Notes under the pieces: model-generated
What the model was told of the DNA's origin: nothing
The model's input: only the letters and a program-made list of their open reading frames with translations
Databases searched by the model: none
Shown: piece after piece, positions 14,834 through 24,211 of the stretch
Layout: each line of letters begins with the position of its first letter
Numbering within the stretch: position 1 is the first letter of the stretch
Made by a program: the position numbers and the translations under genes
Source: an uncultured Clostridia bacterium
GTDB lineage: Bacteria > Bacillota > Clostridia > Christensenellales > UBA1242
Reading direction: 5' to 3'
Length of the DNA: 26,275 bases
NCBI GenBank assembly: GCA_905236445.1
Contig: CAJOPQ010000067.1
Location: 1 to 26,275, forward strand

Positions 14834-15502
14834 ATGAACGAAGAGAAAAATATAGATAATCAAGTTGTTGAGACTGAGGTCGAGAAGGAAGAAGTTAGCA
14901 ACGAAGTTGTACAAGACAATTCGCAAGAACAACACTTGAGTCCAGAGCAAGAAGAATTGCAAAGGCAAATAGAGGAAGCTAAGAAAGATGCGAAATGGTA
15001 CGTTCTTCACACTTTCTCCGGATATGAGAATGTCGCAAAAGAGAACTTGGAGATTGTAATTGCGAAATACAATCTACAACTAAGAATCTTTGATATTGTT
15101 ATTCCTATGGAAGACGTTGTCGAGGAGAAAAATGGCAAGAGAAAGATTGTTACAAGAAAGTTGATGCCGGGATATATCTTAGTTAAGATGATATATGGAG
15201 ATGATATTTGGCATGCAGTTACAAGAACTAGAGGAATTACAGGTTTCGTTGGTCCTAAGGGAAGACCACTACATCTAGGCGAAGATGAAGTAAGAAAGAT
15301 GCATCTAGAGAAAGTTGTGGTAGTTAATACTAACTTGCAAGTTGGCTCTAAGGTTGAGATCTTAGACGGAGCTCTTAGTGGATTTGTTGGTACAATCACT
15401 GGTATAGAGGAAAATACTAACAAGTGCCGTGTAGTTGTAGAGATGTTCGGCAGAGAGACTCCTGTAGATGTGTCTCTAGACCAAGTAAAAGAACTTGATT
15501 AA
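14834..15502 (+). CDS. nusG: Transcription termination/antitermination factor NusG with an acidic N-terminal extension
   Basis: WYVLHTFSGYE, KLMPGYILVKM, VTRTRGITGFVG, KOW motif GSKVEILDGALSGFVG, VEMFGRETPV. Start placed at ATG 14834. Confidence 0.96.
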   Translation: MNEEKNIDNQVVETEVEKEEVSNEVVQDNSQEQHLSPEQEELQRQIEEAKKDAKWYVLHTFSGYENVAKENLEIVIAKYNLQLRIFDIVIPMEDVVEEKNGKRKIVTRKLMPGYILVKMIYGDDIWHAVTRTRGITGFVGPKGRPLHLGEDEVRKMHLEKVVVVNTNLQVGSKVEILDGALSGFVGTITGIEENTNKCRVVVEMFGRETPVDVSLDQVKELD

Positions 15503-15648
15503 TACAATATGTTTGCCCAATTATGTTTTTGATTAATTTTGGTTTTTGGGCAGTTAGTATTCAAAATTAATAATAGAAAATGATTGTTCACGATTCAACT
15601 CGTTAGCAATATATTAGTACACTTGTCTAATTGGTTAGATGAGTGTAA

Positions 15649-15692
15649 GTGGGAGAAATGTAAATCTATGTAATGCATTTTGTTTATACCAC
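15649..15692 (+). promoter_or_regulatory. Putative L1-binding autoregulatory RNA element upstream of rplK
   Basis: GTGGGAG-[AAATG...CATTT stem]-...ACCAC. The same motif recurs upstream of rplA and matches the Firmicute L1-site pattern as recalled. Confidence 0.65.
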
Positions 15693-15727
15693 AAAGATGC
15701 CAAAGAAAATGGCAGGAGGAATACACT

Positions 15728-16156
15728 ATGGCAGAGAAGAAAGTTAATGCAGTAGTAAAATTACAATTACCAGCAGGTAAGGCAACAGCAGGTCCACCAG
15801 TAGGTTCTACACTAGGTCCTCATGGAATTAATATTCCAGCTTTCACTAAGGAATTCAATGAGAAAACAGCTAATCAAGCAGGTCTAATAATCCCAGTTGT
15901 TATTACTATCTATACTGATAGAAGTTTTACTTTTGTGCTAAAGACTCCACCAGTTGCAGTGCTTGTTAAGAAAGCTCTTGGAATTGAGAAAGGTTCTAAC
16001 AATCCAAGAAAAACTAAGGTGGCTACAATTACTAGAGCGCAAATCAGAGAAATTGCTGAGACTAAGATGCCTGACCTAAATGCTAGTAGTATAGAGAGTG
16101 CTATGAGCATGGTAGAGGGCAGTTGCAAGAGTATGGGAATTACTGTAACAGATTAA
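15728..16156 (+). CDS. rplK: 50S ribosomal protein L11
   Basis: [48 protein letters not shown]. Start ATG 15728 after GGAGG. Confidence 0.98.
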   Translation: MAEKKVNAVVKLQLPAGKATAGPPVGSTLGPHGINIPAFTKEFNEKTANQAGLIIPVVITIYTDRSFTFVLKTPPVAVLVKKALGIEKGSNNPRKTKVATITRAQIREIAETKMPDLNASSIESAMSMVEGSCKSMGITVTD

Positions 16157-16168
16157 TTTGTTATAAAA

Positions 16169-16211
16169 GTGGGAGAATAAAAAATCTATATCATTTTATT
16201 CGACGAACCAC
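16169..16211 (+). promoter_or_regulatory. Putative L1-binding autoregulatory RNA element upstream of rplA
   Basis: GTGGGA-[GAATAAAA...TTTTATTC stem]-GACGA-ACCAC immediately before the AGGAG SD of rplA. Confidence 0.7.
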
Positions 16212-16229
16212 ATAGGAGAGAGAAAGATA

Positions 16230-16910
16230 ATGAAAAGAGGTAAGAAATATTTAGAGAGTGCTAATCTAGTAGACAAGACTAAATTATATGATCTAGATAG
16301 TGCACTAGACTTAGTAGAAAAGACTGCTAAGGCGAAGTTCGATGAGACAGTAGAACTTCATGTAAAACTAGGTGTTGATGGTAGAAATGCTGATCAACAA
16401 GTTAGAGGTGTTGTAGTTTTGCCTAACGGAACTGGTAAGAAGATAAGAGTTTTGGTTATAGCAAAGGGCGACAACGCTACAATCGCAGAGCAAGCAGGTG
16501 CTGACTATGTTGGTGCTGAAGATGTTATTGCTAAGATACAAGGTGGTTGGACAGATTTCGATGCGTGCGTTACTACACCAGACATGATGCCAGCTATGGG
16601 TAGAGTTGCTAAGATTCTTGGACCAAAGGGCTTGATGCCAAATCCAAAGAGTGGCACAGTAACTACTGATGTTAAGAAAGCAATTGATGATATCAAAGCT
16701 GGTAAAGTAGAATACAGATTAGATAAAACTAACATTATTCACGTAAGAATAGGAAAAGTATCTTTTGGTAAAGAGAAGTTGAAAGAGAACTTTGGTGCAC
16801 TTATGGATGCTATTGTTAAGGCTAAGCCAGCTGCTGCTAAGGGTACTTATATCAAGAGCGTAGTTACTTCTACAACTATGGGCCCTGGTATCAGAGTAGA
16901 TTACAGATAA
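16230..16910 (+). CDS. rplA: 50S ribosomal protein L1
   Basis: [56 protein letters not shown]. Confidence 0.98.
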   Translation: MKRGKKYLESANLVDKTKLYDLDSALDLVEKTAKAKFDETVELHVKLGVDGRNADQQVRGVVVLPNGTGKKIRVLVIAKGDNATIAEQAGADYVGAEDVIAKIQGGWTDFDACVTTPDMMPAMGRVAKILGPKGLMPNPKSGTVTTDVKKAIDDIKAGKVEYRLDKTNIIHVRIGKVSFGKEKLKENFGALMDAIVKAKPAAAKGTYIKSVVTSTTMGPGIRVDYR

Positions 16911-16920
16911 TGTAAAGAGA

Positions 16921-16955
16921 AAATAACTTGAGAAATTATTCAAGTTATTTTTTTT
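16921..16955 (+). terminator. Intrinsic terminator of rplK-rplA
   Basis: AAATAACTTGA/TCAAGTTATTT 11-bp stem followed by a T-run. Confidence 0.8.
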
Positions 16956-17052
16956 ATTATAAACTTTGATATTTTCCAAATAATAAAAATAGGTTATGAC
17001 ATTGTTAAAATATTTGTTATACTAATACAAAATAATTAAGTGTAGAGAGAAA

Positions 17053-19779
17053 ATGGAAAAAAGAAAAAAGCTGTTATATAGTTTAATATTGATTTTTGCT
17101 CTAACAATAATGGGAGCTTTTTTGGTTGCGTGTGATAGCGAAGTAAAAGTATCACCTCTCAGTAGGGCAATACGCGACACAAATCAAACAAATATAACAT
17201 TGACTTGGAAGTACAACAATACAGAAATTACAGGCGATTCATACAAGATAGAATATAACGGTAGAGATTTTGTCGATGATCTTGAGATTGCTTATACCTT
17301 GAATAGTACTGATTATTATATAGTAGATAAACAAAATGTATCGACTGTATTATCTCAAAATGGCAACAATACTGCTACTCCAGCAAAAACACCGGGGAAT
17401 TATACAATATCTGTCGATTTGGGTGATGAATATATCATTTCCAATCCTTCCATAGCTTTGGAAATAACGAAAGCAGATGTGGCTATTTCGTGGGAGATAG
17501 ATGGATCAGTGTTTACAGACAACCAAGCTGAATATAATGGTCAAGATTTGAAGAATTACATATCAATTAGTCTAGGCGAGAATTATGTATCAAGCGATGG
17601 GAATGTTGCATACTCTATAGAATATACTGATAGAAGTAACACAGTTTATGAAGATGTTGATAATATAAAAGATGCAGGCACATATACTTTAACATTAATA
17701 GAACAAGAAGAATGGGATAACTTGTATAATATATCTGGTGATATGTCACAAACGATAACTATTACACCTAAAACAGTTGATGTTGCTTGGGATGTAGACA
17801 ACGACTACACTAACCTTATTACTGAGGATAATGATTATGCTAGCAATAAGCAGTATAACATGTCATACTTAGGAAGAAATGTTAGTGAAAAATTATATGT
17901 TTCAACTTCAACGCCACAAATAGAAGTTGCAATAACTAAAAATAACGAAGCTGTTAATGAAGTAAAAAATGTTGGAATGTATACATTTACTGCGTCTACA
18001 GATAATCAGAATTATGCATTAACTAATACAGTAGTAAAATTAAATATTGAGTCTAGCATCAGGGGCTTGCATTGGCAAATTGATGGCGAGAATGCAGAGC
18101 TATTAACCAACGAGGCAAACGAGAGAGAGTATAGAACTAGGGGATATACTGTTAAATTGTTTTACTACGATGATGAAACTGACACAACAAAGACATATTT
18201 GACATTAAGTCAAAATGCTACTGTAACGAATGTAGGCACATATACATTAAGCAGTGATGATTCGAACGATAACGTATTTTTTGATAACAGTGAGAAATCT
18301 ATACAACTTAAGATAACAGAAAAAGAAATATGGGTTGTTGCAGATAGTTATAACAAAAATTACGCAGATGAATTAATTCCAACAATCGCTCTAACATACA
18401 AACTCTATTCTACCTATTCAGACGGCAATGGAACATTGCTTAATACTAGTGTGTATTCAGACACATTTAATATAGTATTGAAATATGTTGATGATAGTGA
18501 TAATACCTTGTCAGATGAAAATATATCTGCAGAAATTGCTGAATGGAAGTATGATGGAACAAACAACACAAAACAATTTAAAATTGTTGTAGATGATGAT
18601 TTTAGTCAAACAAACAGCAACTATACTGTGACATTTATCCCGGGAATAATGACAATAAGCCTAAAGCAAGTGACAATAACTTATTTGTTAGATGGAGTGT
18701 TCGTTGATAGCGAAGAATGGTATCAGACTCAAACAATTGATCTTGCTAGCAAAAAGGGAGAAATTGCACAATATAATCACAGAGAAGTTACATCATGGTT
18801 CGAAGTAAAATCGGTTAATGGAAGTAATGTAGTTACTGAAATTGGGGATAATCAATATTCTGTGCAAACCGATGCATCATTGAATTTGTACTATATATAC
18901 TATATTTATTATTTAAACACTGAAGATGAGGTCATTGGACAAACACAATTTGATGTACGTACTTCTACGAAATATCCAGATAGAGCAGCAGTTGCAGAAG
19001 ATGATTTGCCAACAAAGTTTGCTTATACACTTGCTGGCTGGGGAGTGCAAGGGAAGTCTAGCAAATATTATTTTGCACAGACAGACAACAATAATAGATT
19101 TGATGATGACTATGTCTTAACAAAAAGTGCCGACAGGAATGATATATATCTATGTCCATTGTTTGATCCAACTAAGTACCAGATAAAGTGTAAATATGTA
19201 ACAGATGACAATGCTCAGTTAGGTGAAGATACATTTTATTACACTATTCTCGATTATGATGCAAACAAAGTATTTACTGTAGAGCCTGATCAAGTGGAGG
19301 GTTATCAATTTGAAGGGCTATACTATAACGGAATCAAATTAGCCAACAATCAATTCACGGTTAATCAATTTATTCCTGATAGAAACAAAATTGATGATAA
19401 AGACGAAGAAGGGAAGAAAATTGTAATGTATCTAGAAGGTAGATACGAGTTATACAAATGTACTATTACAATAACGGTCAACAATAAGACTGTTTGGACT
19501 ATTGCCTGTGATAGGGATCAAAAGATCAACAAGAGGCAGATTGAGTCACTTATAGACAGAAAATTTGGTTATATATACATTATGTCTGATATTCCAGACA
19601 CTGCAAACGCATCAATTATAACTGTTAGGGTTAGTGAAATTCCACTTCTGTGGATATCTATAGGTGTAATTGTTGTAGGGGGTATAGCAGCATTTGTTAT
19701 TGTAAAGGTGGTAAGGCGAAGAAGAAATGATCTTGATCGCAAAAAGTTGGATATAATAATGAATAAACTTGATCGATGA
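17053..19779 (+). CDS. Large surface lipoprotein with repeated MBG/Ig-like beta domains and a C-terminal TM anchor
   Basis: Lipobox FLVAC (Cys27). Repeated motifs KTPGNYTISV, KDAGTYTLT, KNVGMYTFT, TNVGTYTLS and ITK/ITP-x-x-V-x-x-x-W. C-terminal LLWISIGVIVVGGIAAFVIVKVV followed by RRRR. Confidence 0.8.
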   Translation: MEKRKKLLYSLILIFALTIMGAFLVACDSEVKVSPLSRAIRDTNQTNITLTWKYNNTEITGDSYKIEYNGRDFVDDLEIAYTLNSTDYYIVDKQNVSTVLSQNGNNTATPAKTPGNYTISVDLGDEYIISNPSIALEITKADVAISWEIDGSVFTDNQAEYNGQDLKNYISISLGENYVSSDGNVAYSIEYTDRSNTVYEDVDNIKDAGTYTLTLIEQEEWDNLYNISGDMSQTITITPKTVDVAWDVDNDYTNLITEDNDYASNKQYNMSYLGRNVSEKLYVSTSTPQIEVAITKNNEAVNEVKNVGMYTFTASTDNQNYALTNTVVKLNIESSIRGLHWQIDGENAELLTNEANEREYRTRGYTVKLFYYDDETDTTKTYLTLSQNATVTNVGTYTLSSDDSNDNVFFDNSEKSIQLKITEKEIWVVADSYNKNYADELIPTIALTYKLYSTYSDGNGTLLNTSVYSDTFNIVLKYVDDSDNTLSDENISAEIAEWKYDGTNNTKQFKIVVDDDFSQTNSNYTVTFIPGIMTISLKQVTITYLLDGVFVDSEEWYQTQTIDLASKKGEIAQYNHREVTSWFEVKSVNGSNVVTEIGDNQYSVQTDASLNLYYIYYIYYLNTEDEVIGQTQFDVRTSTKYPDRAAVAEDDLPTKFAYTLAGWGVQGKSSKYYFAQTDNNNRFDDDYVLTKSADRNDIYLCPLFDPTKYQIKCKYVTDDNAQLGEDTFYYTILDYDANKVFTVEPDQVEGYQFEGLYYNGIKLANNQFTVNQFIPDRNKIDDKDEEGKKIVMYLEGRYELYKCTITITVNNKTVWTIACDRDQKINKRQIESLIDRKFGYIYIMSDIPDTANASIITVRVSEIPLLWISIGVIVVGGIAAFVIVKVVRRRRNDLDRKKLDIIMNKLDR

Positions 19780-19782
19780 TTA

Positions 19783-19850
19783 AAAAAAGAGGATAGTGTG
19801 TGATAATTAAGTGCTTTGGTGGTTAATTTCATCATTACTACCTCTTTTTT
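19783..19850. terminator. Long imperfect hairpin, potentially bidirectional terminator
   Basis: AAAAAAGAGGATAGT...AATTAA / TTAATT...ACTACCTCTTTTTT. Confidence 0.7.
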
Positions 19851-19852
19851 AT

Positions 19853-19889
19853 AAAAAAATCTATTAGATATTGCATGTCTAATAGATTT
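19853..19889 (-). terminator. Intrinsic terminator of the minus-strand ORFan pair
   Basis: AAATCTATTAGA/TCTAATAGATTT perfect 12-bp stem with an adjacent A-run. Confidence 0.75.
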
Positions 19890-19895
19890 ATTTTT

Positions 19896-20135
19896 TTATT
19901 CTGGCTTAATTAATTTCTTTATTTCTTTCAAATTGTCTAGAGTAAAATCTTCGGAATTAAGTTCTTCATAAGCATCGGCAAAAGCTTTCTTAACTTCTGC
20001 AGAATAATCTTTCTTGCTTGCAACTTCGTTCATAATCTCAGATAGTCTAACGACCTCTTCCTTAGTTGTGAAATCAATCTCGCCGATAGTACGCTCTATA
20101 ATATCAAATTTGAAAACGTTAGTATTTTTTGCCAT
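19896..20135 (-). CDS. Hypothetical small acidic helical protein (79 aa)
   Basis: GGAGG SD embedded in the upstream gene's 3' end, own terminator, natural composition. No motif recognised. Confidence 0.8.
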   Translation of the reverse strand: MAKNTNVFKFDIIERTIGEIDFTTKEEVVRLSEIMNEVASKKDYSAEVKKAFADAYEELNSEDFTLDNLKEIKKLIKPE

Positions 20136-20688
20136 AATTTATCCCTCCATATGCTAGATCAATAGATTTGACTATGTACTCATAACATTCTACTATAAAA
20201 TCTAATACATTACTATGCTTCTTGTCAAGTCCTTTTTCAAAATAATTGTCTATAATGTCATAAGCATCGCCAGTTTTTTTCAATGTTCCATAACTTAATT
20301 CTTGAGTAATATTATAATCTAATTGCAATATTTTTTTGGCGATACTATCAAGAATATCCAGTGTAACACTCAAATTTTTGGCTTCTTTTGGTTGCATAAA
20401 GCCATCTTTAATACTCTGTTGCTTAGATTTGAGAAACACCTGCAAATCTTCTATTTTACGGTCTCTAAGATATGTCTTAATTCGTCGCAAAATCGAAGTT
20501 TTGTTGTCGTAATATGTTTGGTTAGATAATGTTACACTTGATGCAAATTCGTCCATTAATTCGTCATATCTATCCATTACATATTCGCCCAACTCAAACC
20601 TTATTATGCAAAAAATATCTTTGCTTATGTTGTCAGAGAACTGATAATCAGATCTTGATAAGTAGTTGTATTTCTCGTCATTATCCAT
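20119..20688 (-). CDS. Hypothetical protein (189 aa)
   Basis: Start reassigned to ATG 20688 (GGTAGG SD at 20695-20700). Overlaps the downstream gene by 17 nt. No motif recognised. Confidence 0.75.
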   Translation of the reverse strand: MDNDEKYNYLSRSDYQFSDNISKDIFCIIRFELGEYVMDRYDELMDEFASSVTLSNQTYYDNKTSILRRIKTYLRDRKIEDLQVFLKSKQQSIKDGFMQPKEAKNLSVTLDILDSIAKKILQLDYNITQELSYGTLKKTGDAYDIIDNYFEKGLDKKHSNVLDFIVECYEYIVKSIDLAYGGINYGKKY

Positions 20689-20776
20689 GTTAAGCCTACC
20701 TTTTTTTTTGGAATATATTGTAAAGGTGTACAAAAGAGTTTGAAATCTAGATTGATTAGCGAAAAACTACATTGAT

Positions 20777-20805
20777 ATTATATATCAAATAATTTTAGAA
20801 TTCAA
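20777..20805 (-). promoter_or_regulatory. SigA-type promoter of the 189-aa/79-aa gene pair
   Basis: Minus strand TTGAAT (20800-20805), 17 bp, TATAAT (20777-20782). Confidence 0.7.
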
Positions 20806-20819
20806 TACTATTTCAAAAA

Positions 20820-23333
20820 TTAACTCTGCAAAATATTAATTAATGTGAAGTCAACAAAAGTTAATTTGTTCGATTTCTTCTTAATTGTGTTTCTAACAAG
20901 GGCCTCTGAGTTCGCCATTTTTTCTCTGCAACTGTCGGAAATTGAACCTTTCGCACTATATTTGTTTCCAATTGGAACGTATATTTTGTCTGATTTGAAT
21001 TTTGATCTCTGGACTAAGCTTAGATCTAGCGTAGAATTAAGTTCTTCTATTTCTTCATCACTTAATGTAAGGCTACCATTTCTTAATCTTAGTTTTAGGC
21101 CAACTTGCAGAGAATTAATATCTCTTTTTTCTGATCTGTATTTTTCTACCAAATGTATTACATAATCTTTTGGAGTACGCAAACTTATATTGATAGGATT
21201 CAAAATTTCATTTAAATTATCGATTTGTACTTCCGTCAAAGGAAGTTGTGTAGAATTGATTCTTTTTTGGATTCTAAGGAGCATTTTCGCTCTTAATGCA
21301 TTATCTTCTTCTTTGATTATTAAGTCAATATACTCTTTTGCTTTTCTATAATTTTCTACTTCATCGTTTTTACGGTTATGCTCTACATCAATTACCTCTG
21401 GTTGTATCTGACTCTGCAAAATCGTAGTAGAAGTCTCGCTAATTACGTTATCTTCAAAGTTGTTGTAGTCATCTGATTCTGTGTATTTTTCATCGGACAT
21501 CAATTCTACAATTGCGTTGGCATAGTCCTCTCGATAACCCATATTGATATATTTCGCCAAATTGATCTCGTCTGTAATGTAGTAATTATCAATATTTGCA
21601 TTGATATACTCTTCTATTTTTGCGTTTTGCAAAATTAGCGACAAATGTTGAATGCTGGTTGACTCATTTAAGCCTAGTTTCAACTTCTTGTTGTCTAATT
21701 TCAAATCGCCATTTTTTGTTACATAGAACTGATCTAGTGTGTCCAAAATGGTGGTGTTCTGATAATTTTTAGCCAAATTGATCTGGGCATCTAATGGAAG
21801 GTGGATAATTTTTGCTTGAATGTCTAGTGGAAGAATAGGCTTCAAATCATCTGTAACTAGCACTCCATGGAATAACTTACATGTTTCTAGTTGTTTGTTA
21901 AATTCTATATTGCTAGCAACTTTAATAAATTGAAACTGAATCATCAGCTTGGTATATGCATCATATTTATTCTTAGCTGTAATTGACATAGGATTGGAGT
22001 AAATACCTACAGATATTTTATTCAAAGTGTTTGCAACACTTTGTTCATCGTTGATGTCATCGAATTCATATGTTAATACAGTACTAATGAAGTCTTGAAG
22101 ATAATATTGTTCTGTGTCAGATATATCGTTTCTGTATCTTTCTAGAGTGTTTTTTACATTGTTGTATAGATAGATAAAGGCAGTACTCTTAATCTCAGGA
22201 AATTCTTTTTCAATTCGCTCAACGAACAATCTTTCGTTAGAAACAATATAATTTTTGATTCTGTCTTTCGCTTCTAATATCTTGAAATAATTATTTATTT
22301 CTGGTAAATCTAGGCAATATTCCAACTCCTCGCACATTTCCATTTTTGCAAAGTTTGTTTTTGCCTTAAGTAAAATATCATTCATTGATATAGCCAAATC
22401 CATGTCTGCAAAAATTGAGCTAGATCGGAATGTTGAGTAGTTGAATGATGACAACAATTCATGCTGAATTTCGTTAAGTGTGGTGTTAGATGCTTCTGGG
22501 TGTATATCTTGATACATATCCAAATAATCTTTGACAACACTATTAATATCTGATTTCTTATGTTGCGCTTTGAACTTAATAAAACTTCTAGACAAAGCAC
22601 CGGGATTTTTGTATAGATATTCGTTAGTAAATGTATCAATATTGGATATAGTGTTATAAAATTTAGGATTTTGTTTTAGAATCTCCCTCAAGACAGATTT
22701 GTCCACATCTTCTTTAAACACTTCATCTGTCGATTGTCTCTGAAATATCAATCTGTAGATAAATTCTTTTTGCATCAATACAAGTTGCTCTTTTTGGTCA
22801 TACTTGTCGTTGATTTGGTTAATATTTTTCTTTGCTTCGTTCTCATAATATTTTATTTTTTCGCCTAAAATACTTTTGTCATATATGACGCCAAGGTTTA
22901 GATTCTGATAAGTATCATATTTTCTAAGTTTAGCATATTTGCTATGAATCTTTTTTTGCAATATCATATTGACATCTTTAGCGTCAAAAGTATTTCTAAG
23001 CGCATTTCTATAAGCATTTATATCTCTTTCAAGAAGCATAATTTTGATTCTAATAAAATTAAGTTTCTCAAAAGCGTTGCTCAATTCGTCTTTTTGAGTA
23101 GATTTTGTGCTCAAAAAGTTTTTGATACTAAGGAGCTTGTCTTTGTGTTTGTTAAGTAAATATTTATTATAATTGACAGTAATATATTTTGACATGAAAG
23201 GAAGATCTTTGACTAAGTTCTTAGCAAAAATGTCTATACTCTCTTGCGAAAATATAGTCTTAGTTGATTTCTTCTTAACCTTTGAATTACCTGCCTTGAA
23301 AGCAATATTATTGTTTTTTAATGTCCCTTTCAT
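20820..23333 (-). CDS. Large hypothetical cytoplasmic protein (837 aa), K/N/I-rich and probably all-helical
   Basis: 2.5-kb uninterrupted ORF in AT-rich DNA. No signal peptide, TM or enzymatic motif seen. Short internal repeats are present. Confidence 0.85.
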   Translation of the reverse strand: MKGTLKNNNIAFKAGNSKVKKKSTKTIFSQESIDIFAKNLVKDLPFMSKYITVNYNKYLLNKHKDKLLSIKNFLSTKSTQKDELSNAFEKLNFIRIKIMLLERDINAYRNALRNTFDAKDVNMILQKKIHSKYAKLRKYDTYQNLNLGVIYDKSILGEKIKYYENEAKKNINQINDKYDQKEQLVLMQKEFIYRLIFQRQSTDEVFKEDVDKSVLREILKQNPKFYNTISNIDTFTNEYLYKNPGALSRSFIKFKAQHKKSDINSVVKDYLDMYQDIHPEASNTTLNEIQHELLSSFNYSTFRSSSIFADMDLAISMNDILLKAKTNFAKMEMCEELEYCLDLPEINNYFKILEAKDRIKNYIVSNERLFVERIEKEFPEIKSTAFIYLYNNVKNTLERYRNDISDTEQYYLQDFISTVLTYEFDDINDEQSVANTLNKISVGIYSNPMSITAKNKYDAYTKLMIQFQFIKVASNIEFNKQLETCKLFHGVLVTDDLKPILPLDIQAKIIHLPLDAQINLAKNYQNTTILDTLDQFYVTKNGDLKLDNKKLKLGLNESTSIQHLSLILQNAKIEEYINANIDNYYITDEINLAKYINMGYREDYANAIVELMSDEKYTESDDYNNFEDNVISETSTTILQSQIQPEVIDVEHNRKNDEVENYRKAKEYIDLIIKEEDNALRAKMLLRIQKRINSTQLPLTEVQIDNLNEILNPINISLRTPKDYVIHLVEKYRSEKRDINSLQVGLKLRLRNGSLTLSDEEIEELNSTLDLSLVQRSKFKSDKIYVPIGNKYSAKGSISDSCREKMANSEALVRNTIKKKSNKLTFVDFTLINILQS

Positions 23334-23479
23334 AGTAAATTTTAAAAAAATTAAAGTTCCTTTTGATTATATTATATGTAAAAATATTATTTTACCTGTC
23401 TAGTTAAATTCTAGCATAATAAACAAAAAAAACAAACATATATTTTATGTTCTAAAAATTTCAAACTTTTTGTAAAAAT

Positions 23480-23511
23480 AAAAAAAGATATGCATTATCT
23501 TTTGCATATCT
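23480..23511 (-). terminator. Intrinsic terminator of the SHOCT gene
   Basis: AGATATGCA/TGCATATCT stem overlapping the stop codon, with an A-run at 23480-23486. Confidence 0.7.
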
Positions 23512-24094
23512 ATTCTTTGTTCTCTAGAATGTTGTTAAGGTGCAACATAAATTCTTCATCTGTAATTTTCCCAGCCGATTTAAGCATTCTTAGTTGACCT
23601 ATTTTGAATCCCATTTCTCTAATCATAGGATCGTTAGAAGGGTTTGCTTGAGCAAATTGTGTTGCAAAACTAGCTATGCCGTTATTATTCTGATAAATTT
23701 TTAGAAGTACAGCAGACAATATGCTAAGTAATAATGGAATCATTGCGATAATTCCTATAAACAAAGCATTTATAACAAATTGTCCAATTGCAAATAATGG
23801 AATAACAAAGAGTCCCGTAATTTCCATAAATTTATCAAAATTAAATAATGTAACGTATACTTTGTAGAAATATTGATTGATAAAAAATCCAAAGAATGAA
23901 ACTAGTGCTAAATACAATGGTTCAGATATGGGTTGAAGTAAATTAAAACTTGTGTACAGTTGAATATCTGCAACAACTTCGAATAAAAAACTTATTCCAA
24001 GCGCCGATGCTAGAAAGGCTACTAAGGAATATGTCATTAGAAATAAACTTAAGAATATATTAAATTTAAAAAATAATTTTAAAAATCTTTTCAT
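23510..24094 (-). CDS. Multi-pass membrane protein with a C-terminal SHOCT domain
   Basis: About four hydrophobic segments followed by KIGQLRMLKSAGKITDEEFMLHLNNIL (SHOCT pattern L..L...G.IT.EEF). Confidence 0.75.
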   Translation of the reverse strand: MKRFLKLFFKFNIFLSLFLMTYSLVAFLASALGISFLFEVVADIQLYTSFNLLQPISEPLYLALVSFFGFFINQYFYKVYVTLFNFDKFMEITGLFVIPLFAIGQFVINALFIGIIAMIPLLLSILSAVLLKIYQNNNGIASFATQFAQANPSNDPMIREMGFKIGQLRMLKSAGKITDEEFMLHLNNILENKE

Positions 24095-24211
24095 TTATTA
24101 ATTGTCCCTTTGTGATAATTATATTTAGTATATGTTAATTTTGTACACATATTAATACCACATATATAACTTAAATGTCAAGTCGTTGTGACAAAATGAT
24201 GTTGTATATTT

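Noticed and set aside
4144-20733. Longest-ORF starts for rplL (4144), rplI (5166), nusG (14807), rplK (15680) and the 204-aa ORF (20733)
   Set aside because: SD position and family N-termini support 4162, 5106, 14834, 15728 and 20688. The rplI extension also overlaps its own promoter.
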